In this document: piece after piece, positions 38,670-50,637 of the stretch
Position numbering within the stretch: the first letter of the stretch is position 1
Layout: every line of letters starts with the position of its first letter
Translations under genes and position numbers: made by a program
Notes under the pieces: generated by a model
The model's database searches: none
The model's input: the letters and a program-made list of their open reading frames with translations, nothing else
Told to the model about the DNA's origin: nothing
Assembly: GCA_030704615.1 (NCBI GenBank)
Contig: CM060732.1
Coordinates: 20,150,001-20,214,000 of the forward strand
Direction: 5' to 3'
DNA: 64,000 nt
From: Takakia lepidozioides
Lineage: Eukaryota > Plantae > Bryophyta

Positions 38670-38819
38670 TGGGGCAAACGGAATCCTCCATATGGATATT
38701 TTCAAATGCATTTTGCTGTATCAGACTTTTTTTTGCAGTGTAATGAAATGCACCCCAAAACTCCTGGAATGAGGCAATATTCCATTCAAAGTGAGATCCA
38801 ACAGAAGCAGTTGTGGGGC

Positions 38820-39185
38820 CATTTCTGGAAAAATGGCGCCGAATTTCTCTTTTTGGGGCCGAAAACTGGCTAAGTCCCAACATGCACTGGTACCTGTGTC
38901 TGGGAAAATGGCGCCGAATTTCTCTTTTGGGGCCGAAAACTGGCTAAGTCCCAACATGCACTGGTACAGTGTCTGGAAAAATGGCGCCGAATTTCCCTAT
39001 TTTGCGCCGAAAACTGGCTAAGTCCGAACATGCACTGGAAAAATGGCGCCGAATTACCTGTCATGAGGGGACCTATAGCCGCGGAATTCGGCACCATTTT
39101 TCGCCAGAGAGACCTATTACCGCGAAATACGTCGCCGTTTTTTCAGGTTACGGACCCTATTACCGCGAAATTCGGCGCCATATTT
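38820..39185. repeat. Subterminal ~70-bp repeats with AAAATGGCGCCGAATTT
   Basis: tctggaaaaatggcgccgaatttctcttttggggccgaaaactggctaagtcc repeated 3-4 times. Confidence 0.85.
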
Positions 39186-39349
39186 GCACATGTCGCTGGG
39201 AATTGGCATGAGCGGAAGACGAAATATCATGAGCACAACTGTCAAAACTGCAATTTTCCCTTCAAGGGGCCGAATAATATATTTGTTTTTCCTGACACAT
39301 TGCATTAAATTATTGTTTTTTATTGTTTTTTATTTTCGAAATTTGTACT

Positions 39350-39427
39350 TCTGCTCATGAAAACCGATTGTGTTACTACTCTGCTCATGCCGCTCATGCC
39401 GCTCATGCTCATGAAATAGCAAACCTC
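39350..39427. repeat. MULE terminal (TIR-like) sequence
   Basis: gctcatgccgctcatgccgctcatgctcatgaaatagcaaacctc. Confidence 0.7.
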
Positions 39428-39844
39428 TGATCCCAACTCTCATTGTTATTTGAGGAGGGAGGAAGGTCTTCCCGTGGCAGCCTTTATGACGCACACTTTG
39501 TGAGGATATTTTCTCGTCCTCGTAATTGTAAAAGTGAAACAAGCATTTGTAATTGCACAATGTTGGATGCTACAATTGTAGGCCTCATGGTAGTCTTGAT
39601 TCTATTTAGGCTAGATTCCCTGCATTAATTCCACGGTCATAGGACCATCCTCGGTTATAGGCGGCGCATGTTAATGCTGACGTGGCAGATGACGGACAAT
39701 GCCACGTCATCATTTGCCGCCACATCAGCATGCTGACAGGACGCTCACGCCACGTCAGCGTGGGTGCAGGCTCACGCCACGTCACTCCTGCATGAGCGTA
39801 CGCTCGCGCGCTCACACGCAACGCTCACGCCATTGCGTCGTTGC
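39428..39844. repeat. Inverted copy of the 13311-13728 repeat
   Basis: Direct sequence comparison with 13311-13728. Confidence 0.85.
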
Positions 39845-40049
39845 ATCCCACGCCCCTGCATATCCTGCTATCATCGCGTTCCATCCCTCGGCTATGTGAT
39901 GTGGCGCAAGAGACAAAAAAAACGCCAAGTCCCAGCCCTCCTTTCTGTTCACGATTACCCTAATGGGCAACCTTATTAGCAATTTTTTAACTTTTTTAAA
40001 CCTAATGGGCAACCTTATTTGCATTATATGTGCCTTCAAAATGACACGT

Positions 40050-40356
40050 GTAGTGATGTAGTCGTATAAATAGAGCTGTGAAACCATCTTCAGTCATGGA
40101 GTCATAAGATTCCATGAAACGTCGTCTACGTGAAGTCAAACATATCACACTAGTCATATAAACCATCCCTGTCATCATGGTCAACAATGTTTGACCAATG
40201 CTCCCTAACTTTCAGGAGTCATGTAGTGATATCCATTACTACAAAGTCATAAAACTATGACTGCAATGCATTTCAGCGCTCTATAGTCATCTACCTAGTG
40301 CAGTTTTTATAACTTCGCCAAAGCCGTAGTCCTAAAAACGCTCATCTCTTGTAGTG
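40050..40356. mobile_element. Right terminus of a CACTA element
   Basis: Ends CTCTTGTAGTG (reverse complement CACTACAAGAG) exactly where the Gypsy integrase frame is cut; GTCAT-rich subterminal repeats. Confidence 0.6.
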
Positions 40357-41586
40357 TCATTTGGAGAAATGTTCCACCATCACCAGCACATACTTGTTAT
40401 GGCGAATCGTTAGTGACAATGGGCCTGCGAAGTCAAGGCTCCAACGATAGCCCAAACCCATAATGGGTAAATGATGCAATTGTGGAGTAGGGGCGTTGAA
40501 AGAAGCCCGCACTCTATCACACACCATGCATCTTGCCACTAACTGCTGCACATCCGTGTGCATGCCCCGCCACCAGTACTGGCCTTGCAGCAAACTATGA
40601 GTGCGCCGCACCCCAAAATGTCCCAACCTCTCATGGGCATGGCGTACCAATCGCGCTCGTTGTGTTGGATGAGGCACAATCCTCACTTGTCCATCCTCCC
40701 ATACACGGAGTAGGTGAGTCCCCTCCCACTTGAACCTCTTGGCTCATTGTAGGATCCAATCTCTCTCCTTCGCAGTCACACTAGCTGCTGTCTCTCCGGC
40801 CCGAAGATAGGCCAACACTGCTGCATCTTCATACACATCCTTAGCACCACCAAGCTCCTCTCTAGATCGTCATGCACACTATCTCCATGACCAATCCCAT
40901 GGGGTGGACCAGCTTGAGCTCCCATTGCTAGAATGCACAAAAAGGCAGATGCGTGCCATCCTGACACCATCTCCTCGTCCGTCTCACCATGCCAACGAGC
41001 TCCTGTATCATCAAGCTCACTTATGCATGGATTACGACTCAATCCATCCGCATACCGGTTGACTATACCGGCTCGATGCACCACTTGAAAGTTGTACTCT
41101 TGAAGCATAAGTGTCCACCGTGCAAGCTTCCATGTAAGCTTGTCTGACTCCATCAACCACTTCAATGGTTGGTGATCCGTGACAATGGTGAAGAGATTGT
41201 CATAGAGGTAGCATTTGAAATGTGTCACTGCCCATACTCCAGCTAAACACTCTCCTTCATATGAGCTATACTTCGCCTCAGCATCATTGTTCGAGCGGCT
41301 AGCATATACCACTACGAACTCTCTTCCCTCGTCATCCACCTGTGTGAGCACTGCTCCAATCCCCAGCATACTCCAATCCGTATGTAGCTGGAAAGGCCAC
41401 CTCAGAATAGGTGCAGAAGTCAATCGAGCCTTGAGTTCCTCAAAGGCTTACTCTTGCTCCTCCTCCCACTGCCACTCCTGACCCACCTTGGTCAACTTGG
41501 TAAGAGCCTTCGCAATGCTGCTAAATCCCTTGACAAACCGACGATAGTAGTTTGCCAACCCTATGAAAGCACGAACTGTGCTTACA
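40357..41586 (-). pseudogene. Ty3/Gypsy pol fragment (RT C-terminus, RNase H, integrase Zn finger)
   Basis: FIGLANYYRRFV, LHTDWS, YSSYEGEC, TDHQPLKW, HERLGHFG...WW...CMVC, WSLDFAGP. Confidence 0.9.
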
Positions 41587-42059
41587 TGTTGCGCACCTCA
41601 CTTCGGTAAGCTCCCCTTCAAGTCATAGTTACTCGCTTTGATGCGCGCGCCTGACTCCCAACCTGGCCGCCTGGGCCAACTTGGAGCTTCGGCTGCTCAC
41701 CGGGACATAACGGTCCCCCCTTCGCTTCCCTCTAAACCCTCCACCTAATTGGGACTAGGAGAATTCCCTTTGGTAGATGGCAGTCCGGAACAACTCCCCA
41801 CTCTTTGGTCGCTTTCCGGCTCGCTCGCTTACTCACTAGTTTTTTTGTCACCAACGGGCTTGCACCGTTCTCGGGGTTACTACTCCCTATATATACTTCT
41901 GTAGCTGTCCGCGGGGGTTCCACAACCAGCCATGCCATTTTATGGCGAACCACCACGAAAACCCTCGACTCCCGGTGATGAGTCGCGGCGAGTCTTGGCC
42001 CGCTCACCACGGCCCCTATGGACCGTGATGAGTCCCAAGACTCCCCACGACTCCCACCA
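41587..42059 (-). repeat. LTR (TG...CA) related at its 3' end to the LTR at 51333-51678
   Basis: 41587-41637 is the reverse complement of 51629-51678 (agcgagtaactatgacttgaaggggagcttaccgaagtgaggtgcgc.aca); TATA-like tatatata near 41890. Confidence 0.7.
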
Positions 42060-43533
42060 CGCCGGTCCGCACGTTGACATCTTAAATATGAAGCACCTGT
42101 CCGTCTCCGAGCCTTGACCAGGAAATAAGCTGCCTTGGATGAAGTCGTAGCCGCATGTGCGCTTCACTTCCAAGATGGAGTGCATGTCTGATCCTCTTCC
42201 GATTCGTTTCTTGCAGCCGACAATGTGGTTCCTGACATTGGGGCTGCACACATGGGAGACAGCTTCCAGCAGGTCCTTCATGTCCCCCTCGCCCAACTTC
42301 TCTCTTGTGCTTCCATCCTCCGACATTATTCTGCCAATTGCAATCCTATGTGTCGATGCGAGCTGTATCTGCTTTGGTTTTGCACCCGGCCTCAACCTCA
42401 CCTCCTCCTTGATAATATCCTGGGCTTGTTGAAAAGCGACTCTGCAATTGCCTCTGGCGAGGGGGTGCTCATGCTTTCCGATGTGAATGCATGCTCTGGT
42501 GCACGCTGGGCTGACGGTCCCGACGTAGTACTGCTTGGCGTTGCACACTGCCATGCACGTAGGGCTGCGTTGCAATGGGCACACTTGAACGTCCCTGCAG
42601 GAACTCTACCTTGAGGCCAAAATGGGGTCGACGAATTGCCAATCCAGTCAGTCTCATTCCTGGTGCCTTTGCTAGTGTAATGGTAACATGTGCTCGAGAA
42701 ACATTTAAGATGCCCAGCACACAATACATATCTCACTCGAACTCCATCACCCAGGTTGGACGATGAAGTTTTGGTGACACACCAAGGGTGCCGTCATGTT
42801 TCCTGTTCATTCCTGCGAGCATGCCGTCTGGGCCTGCGCCTGCCGGCACTGGAGGGAACTCGTAGATAGCATTCCCATCCACAACATCAGGCAAAGTTTC
42901 CACAGAATGGATTGGAGTTTTGTCGTAATCAAGCCTAAGAAGGTCACTGGAGCGGGAACTTGTTATCTTCATCCTCCGCAATATGTCGATTACTGAGCGG
43001 ACGGAAGTTGAGTGGGACGGTGTATGCTGAACACTCCTAGTGACGGACGACTTTGAAACATACGATGGAAGGTCCATACAGTCTTCATCGTCACTAGATA
43101 AGTCGTGGACGACCGTTTCCCTGTTTTCCTGGATTTCCCATTTCACATGTTTGGGCTTCTCTGCTTGTGAAGAGGTGCCCACATCCTTCACATCTTGCAC
43201 GCCAGACCCTCTTGTGGAAGGAGGATCAACCAAGTTCCAGCGTGGGAACTCTTTAGGCACGATTTCACCAATGGCACTGTATCGGATGGATTCAGAAGCT
43301 AGGAGCCGCCACTCTTTGCCTTTTCCGAAATCTGCATGTAGAATGACGGCACTTTCCAGAAAATTTCCATAAGCATCCTTCGTCTCCTCTTCCAAAAACA
43401 CCGTTCCAGGGCGGAGCCCGAACTTCACACACAAGTACTGCTCAGTGACAATCGCAAATCCTTGGTCGCAGGGTATTTTAGCTTTCAGAGAATCAGGATG
43501 GAAGTACACGTTTACCCAAACACGGGAATCCAT
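42060..43533 (-). pseudogene. MULE transposase N-terminal half (WRKY/GCM-like Zn domain), cut by an LTR
   Basis: ATG 43533. GFAIV..YL...FGL..GTVFLEEE is homologous to the 9352 ORF; KHDG, CAGHLKC, HIGKHEHP, SPNVRN, FPGQG, FKMSTCGP; frameshifts. Confidence 0.85.
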
Positions 43534-43719
43534 GTTGAAGACGGGACCTCTCGGTACGCTCCGCAGTGAAGTCCTGCAATGAGAAGAGTGTGTCCTACCT
43601 AATAACACAAATGATTTTCTGGAGGATTCCGTATCCAACAGGATGGGTGATCAGTGCACGTAAAGATGAAGGTGTGTAACGTACGTTACAAAAACGGACG
43701 ACAACAGCAAGTTCACATC

Positions 43720-45230
43720 GGATATTTGGTGCCTGAATTGTAATGTACAACCACTTGGGCTACAATAAATCAGGCCTTCCCATGAATTTCGGCACAGAAA
43801 TCTGGATGAACATCTCTGTCATGTAACAGCTTTGGAAGCCAGGGGATGAATTCCGGCAACAGAAATCGTAATTTGTTCACCTCATGAAACTGACCAAGCA
43901 CCCAACGGATGGATTTCGGTGCCAAAATTCGGATGAACATCTTCTTCATTAAATTGTTTCTGCACATAAGGGTTGAATTTGGATGCCAAAATACGGATGA
44001 ATGTGTTCCTGATTACAGTCGTGATTCACCACGTGTCCGGATATTGGTGCCGACATCCGAATGACAGTAATTCTGAATCGGCAGAATGGATGTATTTCGG
44101 CGCCGAAATTCATTCTTCATCTCCTTTTTCAACCCTAATTCTGCTGCCTTGCGGATGGATTTCGGTGGCGAAATTCATCTGAAGTCCTTTTTGTTTTTTT
44201 TTTCTTTGCGACAGATGAACTTCGGCACCGAATCTCATCCAAGTACTCCCTTCTAATTTTCCTTTTTCTTCGCGAGCAATGAATTTCGGCGCCGAAATTC
44301 ATCCGAAGTCCTCCCGAATTTATTTTTTTTCTTCGCGAGCAATGAATTTCGGCCCCCAAATTCAACCGACTTCATCCCTCCAAATTCTTTTCAGGGTTTG
44401 AGAGCCGGATTTCGGCGCCGAAATTCATCCTTACTGTCCGCAATGAGTAACTCTAATATTACATTTTCTATGCGATGGATGAATTTCGGCGCCGAAATTC
44501 GTCCAAACCCGACATTTACTTTTTGCTTCTGGATGATATAATTTTCCGTAAATCGTTGGAAATACCCCGTTCCGACGAAGATAACAGGAATATTCTGCAT
44601 TTAATGGAGAAATCGGCATATTGAACCCCTTCTGTCAAAATTAATTGCATTTTAGCCGTTTTTTTCATTTGAAACTGACAGTATCAATTAAGTGGTCTTC
44701 TTCGCACGGGACGTTGCCGCACATAAAGTATAATTTTGGCGCCGAAATTATAGTTAAATGTCCAGAAATGACAAGTCCAACAGGCATGGACAGCATCCGT
44801 CAGGGGCAATGATGGCGGCAAAGCGTAGCATGGTGCCGATTTATTCTTCGCTCTGGATGAATTTCGGCGCCGAAATATGGATGATTTCACCTCGTCTACG
44901 CGCGGACGGAGATATTCGTAATGAATTTCGACGCCGAAATATGGATGAAATGTGCCCAAGTGCAGCCGTTTCCATTGTCTCGGAATTAATTCCGGCTCCG
45001 ATATCCCACTGACAGGTTTGCTCACAACGGATGAGGACTTGGGAAGCGATGAATTGCGGCGCCGAAATTCATCCGTCCGCTGATGAAACGTACCGACCTG
45101 ACTGTTGAATGTCATAGGCAGGGGATTTGCATGGCGGTTGGGTTTCATGATGTGCGGATATTTCATTCAATGCCGGCTGCTCCGGGAACAACATCCGGTG
45201 AACGGAAGGTATTTGGGTGCCGCAATTCGG
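43720..45230. repeat. Intergenic array of GATGAATTTCGGCGCCGAAATTCATC palindromes
   Basis: About 20 copies or variants, e.g. near 44090, 44280, 44408, 44478, 44858, 45050. Further copies lie in cargo-gene introns (46788, 48015, 48080, 49345, 49686) and at 50885-51165. Confidence 0.92.
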
Positions 45231-45739
45231 ATAAACCGTCTTGTACTGGTGGCTGGAACTGGCACGCATCGTGTTCCAGTCGACTTCATCCGTGCGAACG
45301 TATCAAGGGTCACAATCTCTTCATCACCCATACGGCAGAAAGTGGTGGACGGTGGCAACGCTTCGGGAGACGTGGCTGCTTACGCATCTGCTCATGCATA
45401 GTGGTTGCATGTTCCACCGCTTCGCTCTCTCGCTCCTTGCCCTTCTGCAGTGACATTCTCCTGCGTTTCCTCTCCTTATGCGGCATAGTGGTAGCATAGA
45501 GTTTGTGGAAGGTCAGGCGACTCCGGCAAAGAGAAGGAGGACGCGGGATTTTGGGAAGCCGCCGACGACACGACTTAAGCTCCGTCTCATGCATGAAATG
45601 CAGACCTCGTTATCCGGAGACTCGGATCGCCCACCAGTGAGAGATTCGTGCTTCGTGGATGTGAAGCACTCCATACACAATATTCCTTTAACACCTTTTT
45701 TTTTGCGTGCAGTGTCTCATGTTTTCCTGTTTGTTTGAC

Positions 45740-48700
45740 ATGGGAGCTGGGGAGGGATCGCAGGGGGGCGAGGCAACACAGTCAACTTTGGATACTCCTA
45801 CCCGGGTGCTGCGCTCGCAAGGTGGAAGTGCATTGAGGCAGGCGAGTCCTCATTCAACACCTCAAATATCGCCTCAGAAAAGCCCACCTAGAGTTCGGAA
45901 GTCGAGGAAGCAGAAGGAGCCCATGGCTTCCCCAATAAAACCCCTAGGGAGACTGGAAGCGGAGATATTGGGTTTGCAGTCAATTTCAGAAAACACGGAT
46001 GCGGTGGAGGCCGCTGGAGATGTGGGAGTTGGATATGCAGAAGGGCAGCCCATTCAGCTGACAGAAGGAGAGGTCGATAACGTGGTACGACTTGGCAACG
46101 ATCAGAACCTGCTGGAGCTTGCGGAGGAGCAAAACCTCCAGGACAGTAGACAGGCTGATGAGAGGGGTGAGGGAAGTGACAGAGGTGATAGAAGTAAGAA
46201 ATTGGTGGCGGGTATGCTCATGAGCGCACGAGACATGAACATAGCAGCAAACAGGTTGCTGGCAGAGACTCATAGCAACATAGGCCGCGTTTTGGGCTCC
46301 ATGGTGTATCCGGAGAACCTCAAAGTTCCTTTGTGTCGCATGGTAAGCCTTCCAGTTGTAAGGCAAGCACTGCCAGGGGATATCGATCGACTGAAGCACA
46401 ACTTCAGAGAAGGGTACAGATGGGGGTCGGCAACATTCTACGTTTCCATTGAGAATGACCAGGGTGTCACAAGGGGCCCCACTGCAGAGGAGCTTCAGAA
46501 TTGGGGCCCCCACTGGCACACTGTTAATGCCGAGTTTGAAGCCTATCTGAAGACTAATCCCACATTCGCACACATGGAAGGGAAGATGTTCTTCGTTTGG
46601 GACGGGAACCACAGGATGCTTGCCTGGACAGAGTACATTGCTGAAATGCATCCGCAAGATATCAGTTGGCATTACATGGTGGACTGCATTGTCGTGAAGG
46701 TGGACGTTAGGGACAGAGGACTGCTGAAGGGTGCCATGGTGGATATAAATATGTAAGTATACAATTACATCCTTGTGTACTGCCTATTGCGGCGCCAAAA
46801 TAGGCAATGTTCACCACTGTCATGCACTCTATGATTGTTGTGCCGAAATCATATTTTCATGTTGTTTTTTTTCTCCATGGCAGGGTAACAGAGAGGGCCT
46901 TCGTGGAAACTCATCTGGCACATACGCTCTACAGAGTGCAAGAAGTGGGGACAGCTCTGCTGACGGACTTCCAAAAGTCCCTCGATCCCGAGCTGTACAG
47001 GAAGTCCCTAGCAAAAGCAGATCGCACCTGGTACCGATCAACATTGGACGCCATGGTGGAGATCCTCTATTTGGTGAGGTTCATCTCAAATTTCAGTATC
47101 AATTTAATGCTATATGTTGCAGGGATCCGTGGCCTGACTGTATCTGCTGGGTATGGGAATGCAGACGAACATCAGGGATGACTTGGCCTATGCCAAAAGG
47201 CAGTTCTTTGAGAATGATGCCCCCAACAAGGCGGACGCGTCGATAGAGAGTCATATTGTGCAGGTAGGGAGGCAATCCCGGACCAAGTACAGGTCCAAAC
47301 TTGTTAAGCAAGTTGCAATCGCTGACCCTGGTCTTGGTGCCAAGTTCCTGGCGGAGATAGGACTGCATTACTCCAGACCCATGAAACCGGAAATGTCCAT
47401 GGAGAAACTTCATCACATCGCAGTGTCCTGTGTTGAGCCGGTGGAGAAGGTAAGCATGTGTTTATTCTTGTTTTGTGACTTCTCGCGATTCTTATGTTGG
47501 AGTTCTTATCTGACCGATGTGAGGTGGCTGCAGACAAGGTGGCTGCGAATCTGGAACGGCCATACAAACACGAAGCTGCTGTACCACTTTCCCATCGAGC
47601 CAACAGACAACAAAATGAACGACTGGCTCAATGTGATGACTTGGTGGCATCAGGTATAATTTTCTCCTATTCTGTGTTGGACATCGTCGCAATTTCAAAA
47701 TCATGAATGTTTTGGAAACCTGCCATGCTGCAGGTACTGACCCACGCCCAAGAGCAATTGGACTGCAACACCACCACTTTCAAGTTACAAATCGACTGGA
47801 CGAAGCCTGAGACAATGGAGAACTACGTGCAGTCCTGGCGAGGGCGCTTCACAAACCTCTTTTTCAGTGAAATTGCAAAGGCAAGACGCAGCGTATACAT
47901 CAAAGAGCAGGAGGGTGCCGACAAAGCGGCAATGCGTGTCCTGTTCAGGTAATCTGCTGCCAATGCATCCCCCTATTTGCAGTTTAGATGATTTGGCTAA
48001 GCAGCGATGGATATTGCGGCGCCGAAATATACCTCTGCAAGATGTGAGTTCTGGGTAATTGGGGCACGGTCCACTACGTATTTCGGTGCCGAAATACCTT
48101 GTGCATTGACAACTTCCACTTGCATGATGCATCGGTAGAATGATTTTTGTTGAACTGCCTCGTGATTGCAGGTACATAAACTTTGCACTCATTCCGTCCG
48201 GAGCCATTCAAAGGGTTCCACCATTCTTCTTGGCGTGGAGGACACCTGGAGGTCGTGGAACAATGTACACAGAAGTAATGGCGAAGGAGTGGCATGCCGA
48301 GCATTTGATAGACTGTCCCTGGTATGTGGATCTCCCAAGTGGGACCGTTGACCTCTCGGAGGATAACTTGAAGAAGGAAGCGAATGCCAGGGCTATGAAG
48401 GCGCAATCGGATCCCCAACTAGAGGACGCGGAAAGACTGAAAGCAGAGGAGGCAGCCAAGCAGAAAGCACTGAGAAAGTCAGCCAAGGCGGCAGCGTTGG
48501 CGAAGGAGTAGATGGAGAAGCAGGCAGCTGAGCAGCCCAAGGACAGGAAGAAAAGAATGCGCAAACAGGGGCAAGAGACGAAGACCCCCACACCCAAGAA
48601 GAAGAAGCAGCAACACAGTCAGCCAGATGAGGAGGATTCCGACGACGATTTCCAGCAGGAAAACACCCAGGGAGCCACACCTCGTCCGAAAATTCACAAG

Positions 48701-50637
48701 GGCCAGCGCTCCGGGGGGTCGGCTGCGAAGAGATCACTATACGAGGATGCACCTGGCAGACCCTACCGTGCGGTGCACATTGCGGGCAGGGAAGTCCTCT
48801 AAACACCCACAATTGTGGAGTGTGTTAATGAAAATTTCCTAACTGCTCTGACTAGAAGGCTAGAGATAACGAGATTGAGGAAGGCGATCGAGGCCCACCA
48901 GGGGAAGGGGAAGAGGAAGGCCACTGGCAATGATATGGAGGACACTCCTGGCTACACAAAGATGATGGAGTATTTTGTGGCGATGAGCCACGGCAAAAAG
49001 AGCACAGTCGGGGGCAGGGCGGTGAAAGCCTCCATCGACATGATCCTTGTGGATATCCCGGATGGGCAGGAGATACTGGGGCTGGGCTCAGTACGTTGGT
49101 GGAACATGTACGACGAAAGATACTGGAGCCACACATTCGGGTTCGCAGCCAACATGTTGGACGACGGTGGCTGTGTTGTTGTGCTAGCAGCCGATGGAGA
49201 AGTCACTGAGAATGATATCAAAGTATGGACGGGGAGAAGTGCAGCACCCATCCTGAAAAAGATCTGGACTTGCATCAACACGCAGGGTCTTCTCAACAAT
49301 GGCCAGAAGGTATGCTGTGGTTCTCCTCTGCTATGTCAATTTCTGCGCCGAAATTGCCCCTGTACGTATAGGCCACCTCTGACGTTTTCATTTCCTTCTC
49401 TGCAGACTCTTATCTTTCAGGCATTTTGCTTCGTGAAGGAACATTCGAAATTCAAATTATGTGAAGCAGGAAGACTTGTTGATTCCACAGTTGATCCACT
49501 GGAGTATAACGTCCTGTTCAACCATGTGGGAGAGAAGGACATTCTTTCTGATTTGTCGGGCAAGCCATGGAGGTATGGCAGGACCAGGAGTCCTGCATTC
49601 ATCCAGACGCTCATGGAAACGTGTACGGATGTTGAAGGCAGGGTCCTCAACGTCACTGCAAATACAGGTGAGAACGTTAATTGAATGCGGCACCGAAATT
49701 GACACCATTTCCATTTGTGTATGTTTGCTTGTGCGCGGAAGCGACTCATTCTTGAGTTTGGCTGTGGTTGTGTCGTATGAATTCGCAGGTGCCTGTATGT
49801 GGGCGGGAAGGATGTCGTACCGATTTGTGTTCTCATTTGAGGGGGATACGGCCTTGTACGATTACAATTTGGCGGGCCTTCAGCGTCCCCTCCGACTGAG
49901 GATCCCAAAAATGCAAAAGAGGACGTGGAAGGGGAGGAGGAAGATGAAGAGGAGGAAGTCCAGGAAATTCGTTTGATGCAGGGGCGCCCGAAGCCGCTTC
50001 CCCCAATGCCTGTCTTCGAGTGAGTTGCACCATAGTAAGTGTATTGGTTTCGGTTGTAGGGACCATGCAACCTGCCGATGATTCCTTGTTTGAATTCTCT
50101 AATGTACTTCATTCTATGTTTGTGCGTACACTCAGCCTTGCAGAGTCGTCCGACGAGGAGAAGCTGGGAGACTTGCCCGAATCGGACCCTGTTGCAGAGG
50201 AGGAGACAGAATCGCATCGGCCATTCTTTGCCAGAAAATCCTTTCTCGCGAGTCCCCAGAAGCCCTTTTTTCTACTAGCCTATGCAGACACAGCTGCCAG
50301 AGAAGCCATCAGGAGGGAGGATAGGCCTACTCGGTTAGAGCAATTGACATACGGGAATGAGCAGAGAATTATAATGAGGCGTGAGGCCAAACATAGAATT
50401 GTGAAAGGCAGAGTAGGGAAGTTCGTAATAGAATCCGCGTCCGAGAGCGAGGGGAATGTTGAGGACACTTCCGCACCCAGGTGGACAGTTCCGGCTGGTG
50501 AGGATGGTATTTTTGAGGGGAGGGCTTCTCAGAGTAACAGCGGTAGCGGCAGTGCAGGTTCGGAGGCAGGTGGAAGGCAGCCATCCTTGCATGAGGCCGG
50601 GGATGCATCGGACAGTGATAGCGGATCCTCACCATAG
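45740..50637 (+). pseudogene. Multi-exon ParB/Srx + beta-class amino-MTase-like fusion (copy 2, most complete) with acidic C-terminus
   Basis: WDGNHR 46598-46615; SIDMILVDIPDG (49052-49066), MLDDGGCVVVL, RSPAFIQTLMETCTDVEGRVLNVTANTG|ACMWAGRMSYRFVFSFEGD. Intron donors at 46753, 49668, 50020; stops at 48509 and 48800; frameshift near 49890. Confidence 0.85.

Noticed and set aside
24699-40356. One complete CACTA element spanning both termini
   Set aside because: The termini differ (CACTAG versus CACTAC), the 3-bp flanks (tac/tca) do not match, the subterminal repeats differ, and the flanking retroelements are unrelated.
36530-42090. The 36.5-kb (+) and 42-43.5-kb (-) transposase halves as one gene split by an inversion at FKMSTCGP
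   Set aside because: Both contain these eight codons but with five synonymous differences, so they derive from different subfamily copies.
45740-50637. Bacterial contamination or prophage as the source of ParB-MTase
   Set aside because: The gene has multiple conserved GT-AG introns and is embedded among plant transposons.
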